This document shows positions 1-8,411 of a DNA stretch of 64,000 nucleotides, in pieces. The notes beneath the pieces are model-generated. The model ran no database searches. It was not told the DNA's origin and saw nothing but the letters and a program-made list of their open reading frames with translations. Both the position numbers and the translations under genes were made by a program. Each line of letters opens with the position of its first letter. Positions within the stretch are counted from its first letter, which is position 1. The stretch lies in the NCBI GenBank assembly GCA_016703005.1, contig JADJCX010000018.1:3794-67793 (forward strand), written 5' to 3'. The stretch is from Flavobacteriales bacterium (GTDB lineage: Bacteria > Bacteroidota > Bacteroidia > Flavobacteriales_F > PHOS-HE28).

Positions 1-19
1 GGGGAAGTAGAGAACGGCC

Positions 20-568
20 ATGCAAGCCGACCGCCGCACGCTGCTCTGGGTCTTCGCCATCAACGCGGGCTTCTTCATGGCGGAGTCCGTGGCTGGCTGG
101 CTGGCGCGCAGTATGGGCCTAGTAGCCGATGGACTGGACATGCTGGCCGATGCCTTCGTGTATGGCCTCGCGCTGGCGGCCATAGGCAAGGCCGTGGAAC
201 ACAAGCGACGGGTGGCGCACATCAGCGGCTACATCCAGCTGGGGTTGGCGATGCTGGGCTTTGCCGAAGTGTTGCGCCGCACTTTCCTGCATGAGGCGAT
301 GCCTGAACCATTGACGATGCTGGTGGTATCGCTCTGCGCGCTGTCGGGCAACCTTGTGTGCCTGTACCTGCTGCGCAAGGCAAAGGGTGGCGAAGCGCAC
401 ATGCAAGCCTCCTGGATCTTCACCAGCACCGATGCGAAAGTGAACGTGGGCGTGATGGTGGCAGCAGGGCTCGTTGCGCTTACCGGCACCCATTGGCCTG
501 ATCTTGTCGTAGGCACCGTGGTGTTCGCCTTGGTGTTGCGCGGGGCTGTGCGGATACTCAGGCTGTGA
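20..568 (+). CDS. CDF-like cation efflux transporter core (6-TM region only, no C-terminal cytoplasmic domain)
   Basis: 182-aa hydrophobic ORF. N-terminus MQADRRTLLWVFAINAGFFMAE resembles TM1 of CzcD/CDF proteins. The ORF stops right after the last predicted TM. It sits next to copper genes. Confidence 0.5.
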   Translation: MQADRRTLLWVFAINAGFFMAESVAGWLARSMGLVADGLDMLADAFVYGLALAAIGKAVEHKRRVAHISGYIQLGLAMLGFAEVLRRTFLHEAMPEPLTMLVVSLCALSGNLVCLYLLRKAKGGEAHMQASWIFTSTDAKVNVGVMVAAGLVALTGTHWPDLVVGTVVFALVLRGAVRILRL

Positions 569-748
569 GCACCGGACCAATGTCATCCGGGACAGCGAGG
601 ACCTTGCACGTGGATAGGACCCTCCGTAGGAATGCGGATACAATGTCCGATGAGAAGAACACAGGGTCTGGGTTGGGACGCCGCAAGCCACCACGATCGT
701 GATGGATTGCGGCGTCCACGTTTTGTGTTCAGCCGTTCAGCTCCGCCC

Positions 749-1384
749 TCACTTGGCCTTCACCGGTGTAAGCGCCATGCTGCATTTGCTGCACTTGTCG
801 CCTGCCTTGCCCGTCACTTCCGGGTGCATGGTGCAAGCGTGCGTCGCGGTCGCCGGTGCTTTCACCTCGGTCATGGCCATACCGCATTTGGTGCATTTGT
901 CACCTTTCTTGCCCGTCACGGTCGGGTGCATGGGGCAGGCATGAAGCGTTGCGTGCTGGGTCATCGCCATTCCACAATGCGCGCACTTGGCGTCCTTGGC
1001 GCCCATTGTCTCCGGGTGCATGGGGCAGCAGTACATGGCCTTGGTCATGGCCATGCCGCAATGCGGGCACTTGGCATCCTTGGCACCCATCGCCTCCGGG
1101 TGCATCGGACAACAGTGCATACCCATGCCCACAACGGCCGCATCCTTGGGCGCCACCAGGGCCATTTTGCATTTGCTGCACAGGTCGCCCTTTTTGCCCG
1201 TCACCTCCGGGTGCATGGGGCAACTGTACACCGGATCTTGTGGCATCGCAGTGGTAGCCGTGTGTGGATGGTCATGTTGCGCCAGAGCGCGCGATGTCCA
1301 TGGGTTCATGGTGATGAGCGCGAGCGTTAGCGAGGCACCCAGCATTGAGGTTGAAAAGGTCTTCATGGTTCGTTGGGGTTGCAT
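749..1384 (-). CDS. secreted heavy-metal-binding protein with 5 tandem CPMHPEV-TGK-GD-C-KCGM repeats (HMBD / YHYH-C-type metal-binding domain)
   Basis: 211-aa ORF with a signal-peptide-like N-terminus (alternative start MKTFSTSML near 1366). Five repeats of C-P-M-H-P-E-x-x-G-x-K-x-D-x-C-x-K-C-G-M-A are visible in the translation, matched by roughly 100 to 130-nt DNA repeats between 780 and 1260. Confidence 0.7.
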   Translation of the reverse strand: MQPQRTMKTFSTSMLGASLTLALITMNPWTSRALAQHDHPHTATTAMPQDPVYSCPMHPEVTGKKGDLCSKCKMALVAPKDAAVVGMGMHCCPMHPEAMGAKDAKCPHCGMAMTKAMYCCPMHPETMGAKDAKCAHCGMAMTQHATLHACPMHPTVTGKKGDKCTKCGMAMTEVKAPATATHACTMHPEVTGKAGDKCSKCSMALTPVKAK

Positions 1385-1446
1385 TGTTCGTGTAATACCT
1401 GCCCATGCGCTCCCATCAATGGACAGGAGCGCGAGGCATGGTCGGT

Positions 1447-1806
1447 TCAGTTGTGGGCCATTTCAGCAACGCCCATTTCGCGGCACGCTTTGGCGCAAGC
1501 CTCGCAGGCTTCAGCGCAACGTTTGCAATGCTCGTTGTTGTGCTTGCGGCACTCCTTGGCGCATTGGTCGCACACCTCGGCACAGAGGGCGCAGAGGCGG
1601 TGGGCGATGCTGTCGCCGATCTTGTCATCAGCGCGCGCCATGAAGGCGGCGGCCATGCGGCACAGGTCGGCGCAATAGCGGTCCAACTGGATGCAATCGG
1701 CCATCATCTTCACGTCGGCTTCGCTCAAGCAGGCGGTGGCGCAGTGTTCGCATTCGTTGGCACAGGTCTGGCAGGCCTGAATGCAGTCGTTGTGTTCCTT
1801 ATGCAT
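1447..1806 (-). CDS. Cys-rich four-helix-bundle copper storage-like protein (Csp3 / DUF326-like), cytosolic
   Basis: 119-aa ORF with about 18 Cys in repeated C-x2-C-x3-C-x2-C spacing (CIQACQTCANECEHCATAC ... CAEACEACAKAC). No signal peptide. Adjacent to metal genes. Confidence 0.65.
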   Translation of the reverse strand: MHKEHNDCIQACQTCANECEHCATACLSEADVKMMADCIQLDRYCADLCRMAAAFMARADDKIGDSIAHRLCALCAEVCDQCAKECRKHNNEHCKRCAEACEACAKACREMGVAEMAHN

Positions 1807-2533
1807 GGTGCACGGGTTGGTTGGTTTTCTTCTACCAAGGCAACGAGAACCAAGCCACCTTATTCGGGAAGTTCAGATAGCTACCGTCCCACTCACTTGC
1901 ACGTGACTGGACCCTGATCAGCGCACGTACTAACGGGGTAGATAGACCCCAAACCGGGATGTTGCGAGCCATGCCTTTGCCTTGCAAGGATCAACGGCTT
2001 TGGTCGCGTCGGCGCGCCAATGGATGGCCTTACGTTTGGCGCACCATGTCCCTTAACCGCGTTGAACGAGTGCGTCGCAGCTTTGCGATGGGACTTATTG
2101 CGTTGGTTGCGTGGAGCGCGTTGATGCCTGTGCTGTATCGCATGGATTGCCTGAGCAGCGGCCGGAGCGTTACGTCTTGGTTCACACCGGTCAACTGTCC
2201 TGGCACCGATGTCCCTGCCGGTGACCGCCCCTGTATCACGCCGAATTGCTGCGTGTTCATGAGCGCTTCGGTGGATCAACTGCTCTTCAATCCGGATAAA
2301 ACCGTGCCCGTTCCGTCGGTGCCGGAATTGGCGTGGACCCCTGCCGTTTGTGTTGTTCCGGCGCTCGGCCCGTTGCCCACCACTGGGCACTTCGTTGATC
2401 GAGGGCCGCCTAAGGCGCGATCGACCGACCTCGTTTTTATTGGAAGCCTGAGGATCTGAGATCCCCAGTAGAGTGCGCCCGATGCTTCCCGGCATCGGGC
2501 TGTGTCGTTTTCCAATAAACCCCGGTTGTTGTC

Positions 2534-3262
2534 ATGTCAAAGGATCCCGAATTCGGTTTGAACAATTTGCCCGGTACCGCTCGATGGGTGATGTCGCCAT
2601 GGGTGAGCTATATGAACAAGTTGCTCGCCAAGCTCCGTTCGCCCGTCGATATCAAGAAACGCTTCAACCACCGCGAGGATATGGTGAGCTTGGAGCAGAT
2701 CGGGAACTTCGAATTGCTCATTACCGATCTGATCGATCGCGATGTACAGGGCGACTTCGTGGAATTGGGTTGTTACAGCGGCAGCACCTCAGCGGTCTTC
2801 GGAAGTCTTCTGCATCGGCTGGCGCCTGAGCGCAGGTTCTTGGTGTACGATCGGTTCGATATGGAGTTGGGCAGTACCAGAAACATCCGTAGCCAGTTCG
2901 AGCAGCGCATGAAGGATTGCGGGCTGCCGATGCCGATCGTGCACGAGGGCGACCTCTTTGCGCTGCTGCCCGCACAGCTCCCCGCATCCATTGCGTTCGC
3001 GCACATCGATCTCGGGACCGGGGGCGGGGTATACCAGCATGCCGAGTTGCTTGTACATTCACTGAAGCACGTTTATCCGCGCCTGTCAAGCGGTGCAATA
3101 CTGATCCTTATGGACTACCATGTTCCCGATGTTACGATCCACGGCAACGATTCCAATCCTGCGGTACGCCTCGTGGCCGATACATTCTTCGAAGACAAGC
3201 CGGAGAAGATGCGCGTGCTCTATGGTGGTCCATGTTCCCATGCCTATATCCGAAAAAATTGA
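2534..3262 (+). CDS. class I SAM-dependent O-methyltransferase, macrocin-O-methyltransferase (TylF)-like
   Basis: 242-aa ORF. FVELGCYSGSTS glycine-rich SAM-binding motif. N-terminal region typical of the TylF family. Confidence 0.55.
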   Translation: MSKDPEFGLNNLPGTARWVMSPWVSYMNKLLAKLRSPVDIKKRFNHREDMVSLEQIGNFELLITDLIDRDVQGDFVELGCYSGSTSAVFGSLLHRLAPERRFLVYDRFDMELGSTRNIRSQFEQRMKDCGLPMPIVHEGDLFALLPAQLPASIAFAHIDLGTGGGVYQHAELLVHSLKHVYPRLSSGAILILMDYHVPDVTIHGNDSNPAVRLVADTFFEDKPEKMRVLYGGPCSHAYIRKN

Positions 3263-3268
3263 ACCATT

Positions 3269-4984
3269 ATGACCCGTGCCTCAGTTTGTACATCGCTCAT
3301 CATCGGGTGCATTTGGGCCCAAGCGCAGACGCCGCTCCCCATTCCCGATACGTTAACCGGTCCATTGATCCAACTGGCGCTGCAAGAAGGCACGCAGGAG
3401 TTCCATCCCGGCGAGGTGGTGGCCACGTACGGCTATAATGGCGATCTGCTCGGCCCCACCTTGATCCTCCAGCAGGGCGAACCCATCACTTTGAACGTCA
3501 CCAATACGCTGCCCGACCTGACCACCACGCATTGGCATGGCCTGCATGTGAGCCCCGCGAACGACGGTGGGCCGCATTCGGTGATCCTGCCCAACACAAC
3601 ATGGTCGCCATCGTTCACGGTGATGGATCGCGCTTCAACATTCTGGTACCACCCGCACGGCCATGGCCTTACCGACTACCAGGTGAGTTTAGGTGCCGCC
3701 GGTATGATCATCGTTCGCGATGCGCAGGAGGCGGCCCTCGACTTGCCCAGGACATACGGGGTCGATGACATACCGTTGATCCTTCAAACGAAGGCGATCG
3801 TTAGCGGCCAAGTCGCGTTGCACACCGGCTTGGACAGCGTAGTGCTGGCCAATGGTGTGCGCAATGCGTGGAAGGAATTGCCCGCCCAAGTGGTGCGCTT
3901 GCGCTGCTTGAACGGTTCCAGTGAGCGCACCTTCTTGTTGGGTTTCAGTAACGCACTTCAGTTCCATGTCATTGGCACGGATGGTGGGTTGCTGGCTGCA
4001 CCTGTCACCTTGAACCGCCTACAGTTGATGCCCGGGGAACGGGCTGAACTGCTTGTGGACCTTGGAGGGCAGCAAGGACAGTCGTTCCAGTTGATGAGTT
4101 ACGGGAGCGAGTTGCCCGACGACATCATTGGCGCCGCGCAGGTCGGCAACGGTATGGCAACGCTCGATGGATATGACCTGAACGCACTGAACGGTGCGGA
4201 CTTCGCACTGGTCACCTTCGCCGTTGGAGCGCCCACTGGTGATGGCACACTCGTTGTGCCCACAGCACTCGTGCCCACCAATGCATTCAACACGGCCGAT
4301 GTGGATGTAACGCGTCCGTTCAACATTGAACCGGAAAGCATGGGGGCCATGCAAATGATCGAAGGCCCTTTCGAGATCAATGGCGCGCTGATGGACATGG
4401 ATGTGATCAACGAAGTTGTGCAATTGGGCAGCACCGAGATCTGGGAGTTCATCAATAACACAATGGTGGGCCACCCGATCCACATCCACGACATCCAGTT
4501 CAATATCCTCGATCGCAACGGCTTGCCGCCGGAGCCTTGGGAAAGCGGGTGGAAGGATGTGGTCTTCGTGCCTGCCATGGGCAGCGCGCGTGTGATCACG
4601 CGCTTCGATGATTTCGCCGATCCGGATATGCCGTACATGTACCACTGCCATCTGCTCATGCACGAGGACGAGGGTATGATGGGGCAATTCCTCGTGATCG
4701 ATCCCAATGCCGTTGGCGAACTGATGACCGATCAGGTCGGCTTGACCGTTTGGCCGCAACCGTACGCCGATGGCCCGCTTCGACTGCAAGCCGAAGGGCT
4801 CGAGGGCCGGTGCACGGTTGCGCTGGCTGATGCCTTGGGTCGCACGGTGCTTTTGGAACAAACCGTTTTCAGTGATGGTCGCGGTTCCATCGTGTTGCCG
4901 GTGGTCGCCCCGGGGCACTATGTCCTGCGCATCACCGCCCGCGGCCACGTGCCGCTGGCAACCACGCTGATCGTCCAACCTTGA
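3269..4984 (+). CDS. multicopper oxidase (laccase/CueO-like) with T9SS C-terminal sorting domain
   Basis: 571-aa ORF. Signal peptide. Copper-ligand motifs HWHGLHV, HPHGH, HIHDIQF and HCHLLMHEDEGMM. The last roughly 80 aa (PLRLQAEG ... GHYVLRITARG ... LIVQP) look like a T9SS CTD. Confidence 0.85.
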   Translation: MTRASVCTSLIIGCIWAQAQTPLPIPDTLTGPLIQLALQEGTQEFHPGEVVATYGYNGDLLGPTLILQQGEPITLNVTNTLPDLTTTHWHGLHVSPANDGGPHSVILPNTTWSPSFTVMDRASTFWYHPHGHGLTDYQVSLGAAGMIIVRDAQEAALDLPRTYGVDDIPLILQTKAIVSGQVALHTGLDSVVLANGVRNAWKELPAQVVRLRCLNGSSERTFLLGFSNALQFHVIGTDGGLLAAPVTLNRLQLMPGERAELLVDLGGQQGQSFQLMSYGSELPDDIIGAAQVGNGMATLDGYDLNALNGADFALVTFAVGAPTGDGTLVVPTALVPTNAFNTADVDVTRPFNIEPESMGAMQMIEGPFEINGALMDMDVINEVVQLGSTEIWEFINNTMVGHPIHIHDIQFNILDRNGLPPEPWESGWKDVVFVPAMGSARVITRFDDFADPDMPYMYHCHLLMHEDEGMMGQFLVIDPNAVGELMTDQVGLTVWPQPYADGPLRLQAEGLEGRCTVALADALGRTVLLEQTVFSDGRGSIVLPVVAPGHYVLRITARGHVPLATTLIVQP

Positions 4985-5054
4985 ACCACGGACACAAGAT
5001 TTTCGATACTGCCTTTCACTTCACATCACAACTGGAAACCAAAACAACGTTCAC

Positions 5055-5795
5055 ATGAAAAAGCTCTTCTCCGTTATTCTCGCATCTGCGTGCCTTGCTT
5101 CGGCAACCGCGCAAACCACTGCACTGGATTTCACCGCCAACGATTGCGATGGCGTGAGCCATAACCTCTTTACCGAACTCGAGGCCGGTGATGTGGTGAT
5201 CATCGAACTGGTAATGATGGGCTGCCAACCCTGCGTTACCGCCGGCAATAGTCTCAAGAACAATGTGCTGCCCAACGTGAGTGACCCAAGCCGTGTGAAG
5301 CTGTACAGCATTGGCTTCACCAACGGTATCAATTGCACCCAGATGAACGACTGGAAGAACACCAACGGGTTCACGCACACCGTGTTCGCAGGCATGAGCG
5401 CACAAACAACGCACTACGGTGGTATGGGCATGCCGACCATCGCGGTGGTAGGTGGTGCGGCGCACGATGTGTTCTACAGCGAACAAGGTCATAGCGACAG
5501 TGATAACCCCGATATCCTCGCCGCCATAGAAGCAGCGCTCGTTGCGGGTGTTGGCATCAATGAGGTGAACTCAACGGATGTGGTCATTCACCCGAACCCT
5601 GTTGTCGATATCCTCAACTTCGATAAGGCCGATTGGACCAACGCCCGCATCCTCGACCTGCAAGGTCGTGAAGTGATGAATGTGCAACTCGTGGCAGGCA
5701 AGCTGGACGTGTCGCTGCTACAACCCGGCATGTTCGTGCTGCAATTGACCAATGCAACGGGTGCGCTGGGTACTACGCGCTTCGAGAAGAAGTGA
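5055..5795 (+). CDS. thioredoxin-fold (TlpA/ResA-like, CQPC motif) protein with T9SS C-terminal sorting domain
   Basis: 246-aa ORF. Signal peptide MKKLFSVILASACLASATAQ. A CxxC motif (MMGCQPCV) plus a downstream cis-Pro-like GMPTIAVVGG. C-terminus VVIHPNPVVDILNF ... GMFVLQLTNATG is CTD-like. Confidence 0.55.
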   Translation: MKKLFSVILASACLASATAQTTALDFTANDCDGVSHNLFTELEAGDVVIIELVMMGCQPCVTAGNSLKNNVLPNVSDPSRVKLYSIGFTNGINCTQMNDWKNTNGFTHTVFAGMSAQTTHYGGMGMPTIAVVGGAAHDVFYSEQGHSDSDNPDILAAIEAALVAGVGINEVNSTDVVIHPNPVVDILNFDKADWTNARILDLQGREVMNVQLVAGKLDVSLLQPGMFVLQLTNATGALGTTRFEKK

Positions 5796-5882
5796 TCAGG
5801 AGTGATGGTCGGAGCAGGCGGAGAGCCTGCTCCGATGTTGCACCTTCATGGAGACAGTAACACTGCTGAACCGCAACACAAC

Positions 5883-7319
5883 ATGAAGTTTTACGCCGTT
5901 GGTATGCTCGCACTGCTCGCCGCGGTGCAAGGCACTGCACAAACAACCGCCGTCTCATGGACAGCCCCGCTCGATTGCAATGCCGCTGGTGAGGGTGCGC
6001 TAAGGCCGCGCATTGCCATCAATGGCGATGGCAACCCCGTGGTGTTGTGGGGCGACTATTCACCCAACAGCAATCATGTTGCGGTGGGCAACGGTGCCGC
6101 TTTTCTTTCCCCGGTGGAGGTGAGTGCGCCCGGTTGCGTGCCTGCGGTGGCCGACTGGATGGGCAGCAGTATTGCTGCCGCGGGCAACACAGTGTGGGTG
6201 GTGATGAAAGGCACTCCCGAGGAAAGCAAACCCGTTTATGTGCGGCGCTCGGACGACGGTGGCTACACGTGGGGTGACACACTGCGGGTGGAGCCGTATG
6301 ACGGGCTTGTCTCGCGCTTCCCCTCTATTGCGCTCGATGACCCTGATGCCCCATTGGTGCAGTACATGCAGTTCGACAGCGGCTACTTCGGTGCCCGCCA
6401 AGTGGTATCACATATGATGGGAGGCGGCTTCATGTCTCCTGTGCAGGTGAGCACCCCGTTCGCACCCGGCGATGTATGCGATTGCTGTCCCAACCAAGTG
6501 GTGGTGCAAGGCAGCAACGTGGTCGCTCTGTACCGCAACGCCGGTCCGAATATCCGGGTCATGTGGGGCGCATCGTCCGGTGATGGCGGCGCCACATTCC
6601 CGGTTGGAACCGAGATCGATACTACAGGGTGGCCGCTGAACTCTTGCCCGAGCAGTGGCCCCGATGGCTACCTCGATGGCGACTCCTTGCGCTATGTGTG
6701 GATGAGCGGTGCGAACAACGGCACGAAGGTGTACGTCGGTAATGCTCTTGCGTCTGACCTATCGCTGGGTGCTCAGTGGAACGTGCACCCCGGCCAGATG
6801 CAGATGTTGCAACAGAACTTCCCAAGGATAGCAGGAAGCGGTGATACGCTTGGAATAGTATGGCAGCAGAGCATGGGTGGACAGCACGAGATACTCTTCA
6901 GTTGGAGCGTTACCGGTCCCATTGGGCTGAGCGCACCGGATACGGTGAACCTTGATGCCACGGGTGCCCAGAAGACGCCTGACATCGCATATGCTGACGG
7001 AGCCTTCCACATTGTTTGGAGCGAACTGGCTACGGGTCAGGTGCGCTACAGAAAGGCAACACTTACCAACGATGTTGGCGTGCAAGCATTCACTCCGGAG
7101 GCCATGCGCATTTTCCCGGATCCGGTCAGCGACCACTTGTTCATTGAAGGCATCATAGTAGGCTTGGCAGAGGTTGTCGACCTGCACGGTCGTGTGCATC
7201 TCTCGGTTGCTCTTAGTGCTTCGCAACTGGATGTTCGTGCGCTTGCGCCAGCGCCGTATCTGCTGCGTATTACCGATGCGAACGGCCAACAACGGACAGC
7301 GCGTTTCACGAAGAGGTGA
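5883..7319 (+). CDS. BNR/Asp-box repeat (sialidase-like beta-propeller) protein with T9SS C-terminal sorting domain
   Basis: Signal peptide MKFYAVGMLALLAAVQGTAQ at 5883 (the ORF opens at 5802). Asp-box motifs SDDGGYTW and SSGDGGATF. C-terminal PDPVSDHLFIEG ... PYLLRITDANG is CTD-like. Confidence 0.6.
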   Translation: MKFYAVGMLALLAAVQGTAQTTAVSWTAPLDCNAAGEGALRPRIAINGDGNPVVLWGDYSPNSNHVAVGNGAAFLSPVEVSAPGCVPAVADWMGSSIAAAGNTVWVVMKGTPEESKPVYVRRSDDGGYTWGDTLRVEPYDGLVSRFPSIALDDPDAPLVQYMQFDSGYFGARQVVSHMMGGGFMSPVQVSTPFAPGDVCDCCPNQVVVQGSNVVALYRNAGPNIRVMWGASSGDGGATFPVGTEIDTTGWPLNSCPSSGPDGYLDGDSLRYVWMSGANNGTKVYVGNALASDLSLGAQWNVHPGQMQMLQQNFPRIAGSGDTLGIVWQQSMGGQHEILFSWSVTGPIGLSAPDTVNLDATGAQKTPDIAYADGAFHIVWSELATGQVRYRKATLTNDVGVQAFTPEAMRIFPDPVSDHLFIEGIIVGLAEVVDLHGRVHLSVALSASQLDVRALAPAPYLLRITDANGQQRTARFTKR

Positions 7320-7328
7320 GTGCGGTGC

Positions 7329-7904
7329 ATGGGTCCCTTACTTACCATCCGCAACATGGTCTGCGACCGGTGCAAGTCGGCCGTGGCGCGTGTGTTCGAT
7401 GGGCAGCACTTGCCGGTGAAGCGCATCGAACTCGGAGAGGTGGAACTGCTCCGCGAACCTTTGACCGACGAGCTGGATGCCTTACGCGGCGCGTTGCGGG
7501 TGGAAGGCTTCGAACTGGTGGATGATCGCGACGCCGTGACCATCGCCCGCATCAAGGCGGCGATCGTGAAGCTGGTGCACCACGATGGCGATATGCAGGG
7601 CCGGGTGAAACTGGGCGATCATCTCAGTGCGTTACTGCACAAGGAATACTCTGGTCTCACAGCGCTCTTCACGCAGGTGGAAGGCATCACCATCGAGCAG
7701 TTCTTCCTCTTGCAGCGCCTTGAGCGCGTGAAGGAGCTGATCAAGTACGATGAGCTCACACTGAGCGAGATCGCGGACCGCACGGGCTTCAGCAGTGTTG
7801 CCCACTTGAGCGCACAGTTCAAGAAGCTCACCGGCATGACGCCGACCGCTTTCAAGCAACTAGGCTTGGCGCGTACCCCATTGGACAGGGTGGGCCCGAT
7901 GTAA
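7329..7904 (+). CDS. AraC-family transcriptional regulator with N-terminal HMA-like (MxCxxC) metal-binding domain, a candidate copper-responsive regulator
   Basis: N-terminus LLTIRNMVCDRCKSAVARVF is a canonical HMA motif. C-terminus ITIEQFFLLQRLERVKELI ... LSEIADRTGFSSVAHLSAQFKKLTGMTPTAFK is an AraC-type HTH. It lies immediately upstream of the copZ-like and copA genes. Confidence 0.7.
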   Translation: MGPLLTIRNMVCDRCKSAVARVFDGQHLPVKRIELGEVELLREPLTDELDALRGALRVEGFELVDDRDAVTIARIKAAIVKLVHHDGDMQGRVKLGDHLSALLHKEYSGLTALFTQVEGITIEQFFLLQRLERVKELIKYDELTLSEIADRTGFSSVAHLSAQFKKLTGMTPTAFKQLGLARTPLDRVGPM

Positions 7905-7976
7905 ACTCTTCCGGTCAGGATGTAACGCCTACGGTCCTTTGTCGCCGGTGCTTTGTACCGTCAAGAACGAACGACC

Positions 7977-8405
7977 ATGGACAACACGAACATCACCCTT
8001 CCGCTGCTCGACGTGAACAGCCCGCATTGCGCGCTGCGCGTTGAGAAAGCCATCCGCACGGTACCCGCTATCGCCGGCGCCGAAGTGGACCTGAACGCAC
8101 ATATGGCCCACCTGACCAGCACCGCACCGGCTACCGCAGTGCGCGAGGCGGTGGCCGCCATACGCAAAGCAGGCTACAACGTGGCCACCGAAGCGCACCG
8201 CTTCACCACCACCGGTGTCACCTGCGCCGGTTGCGCGAAAAGCGTGGGCACCATCCTGAACAAGCTGCCCGGCGTGATAAGTGCGCGCGTGGACCATGTG
8301 GAGAAGACGGCCGAGATCGAAGTGGTGAAGGGCACGTTATCGATCGATGATCTGCTGAACGCCCTCAAACCCGCTGGCTACGGCCTTATCGCACAAGCCG
8401 CATAA
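7977..8405 (+). CDS. tandem HMA-domain protein (CopZ-like copper chaperone with two domains)
   Basis: Domain 1 carries a degenerate motif, DVNSPHCALRVEKAI. Domain 2 is canonical, GVTCAGCAKSV. Each domain is about 65 aa. Confidence 0.7.
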   Translation: MDNTNITLPLLDVNSPHCALRVEKAIRTVPAIAGAEVDLNAHMAHLTSTAPATAVREAVAAIRKAGYNVATEAHRFTTTGVTCAGCAKSVGTILNKLPGVISARVDHVEKTAEIEVVKGTLSIDDLLNALKPAGYGLIAQAA

Positions 8406-8411
8406 ACACCA

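Noticed and set aside
780-1260. Direct DNA repeats of about 100 to 130 nt that might be mistaken for a CRISPR-like or satellite array
   Set aside because: They are in-frame coding repeats of the CPMHP metal-binding module within one ORF. There are no spacer-like unique segments of fixed length and no cas genes.
119-1330. Long antisense or overlapping ORFs such as 119 to 694 (minus), 632 to 1330 (plus) and 8337 to 10061 (minus, 574 aa)
   Set aside because: They lie opposite well-supported genes (CDF, HMBD protein, copA). Their Arg/His/Gly-rich composition is typical of spurious frames in high-GC sequence.
1959-2459. 166-aa plus-strand ORF in the gap between the Csp3-like gene and the methyltransferase
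   Set aside because: No signal peptide logic, domain or motif support. Several similar-sized overlapping ORFs exist on both strands, as expected in high-GC DNA. Kept only as a region of interest.
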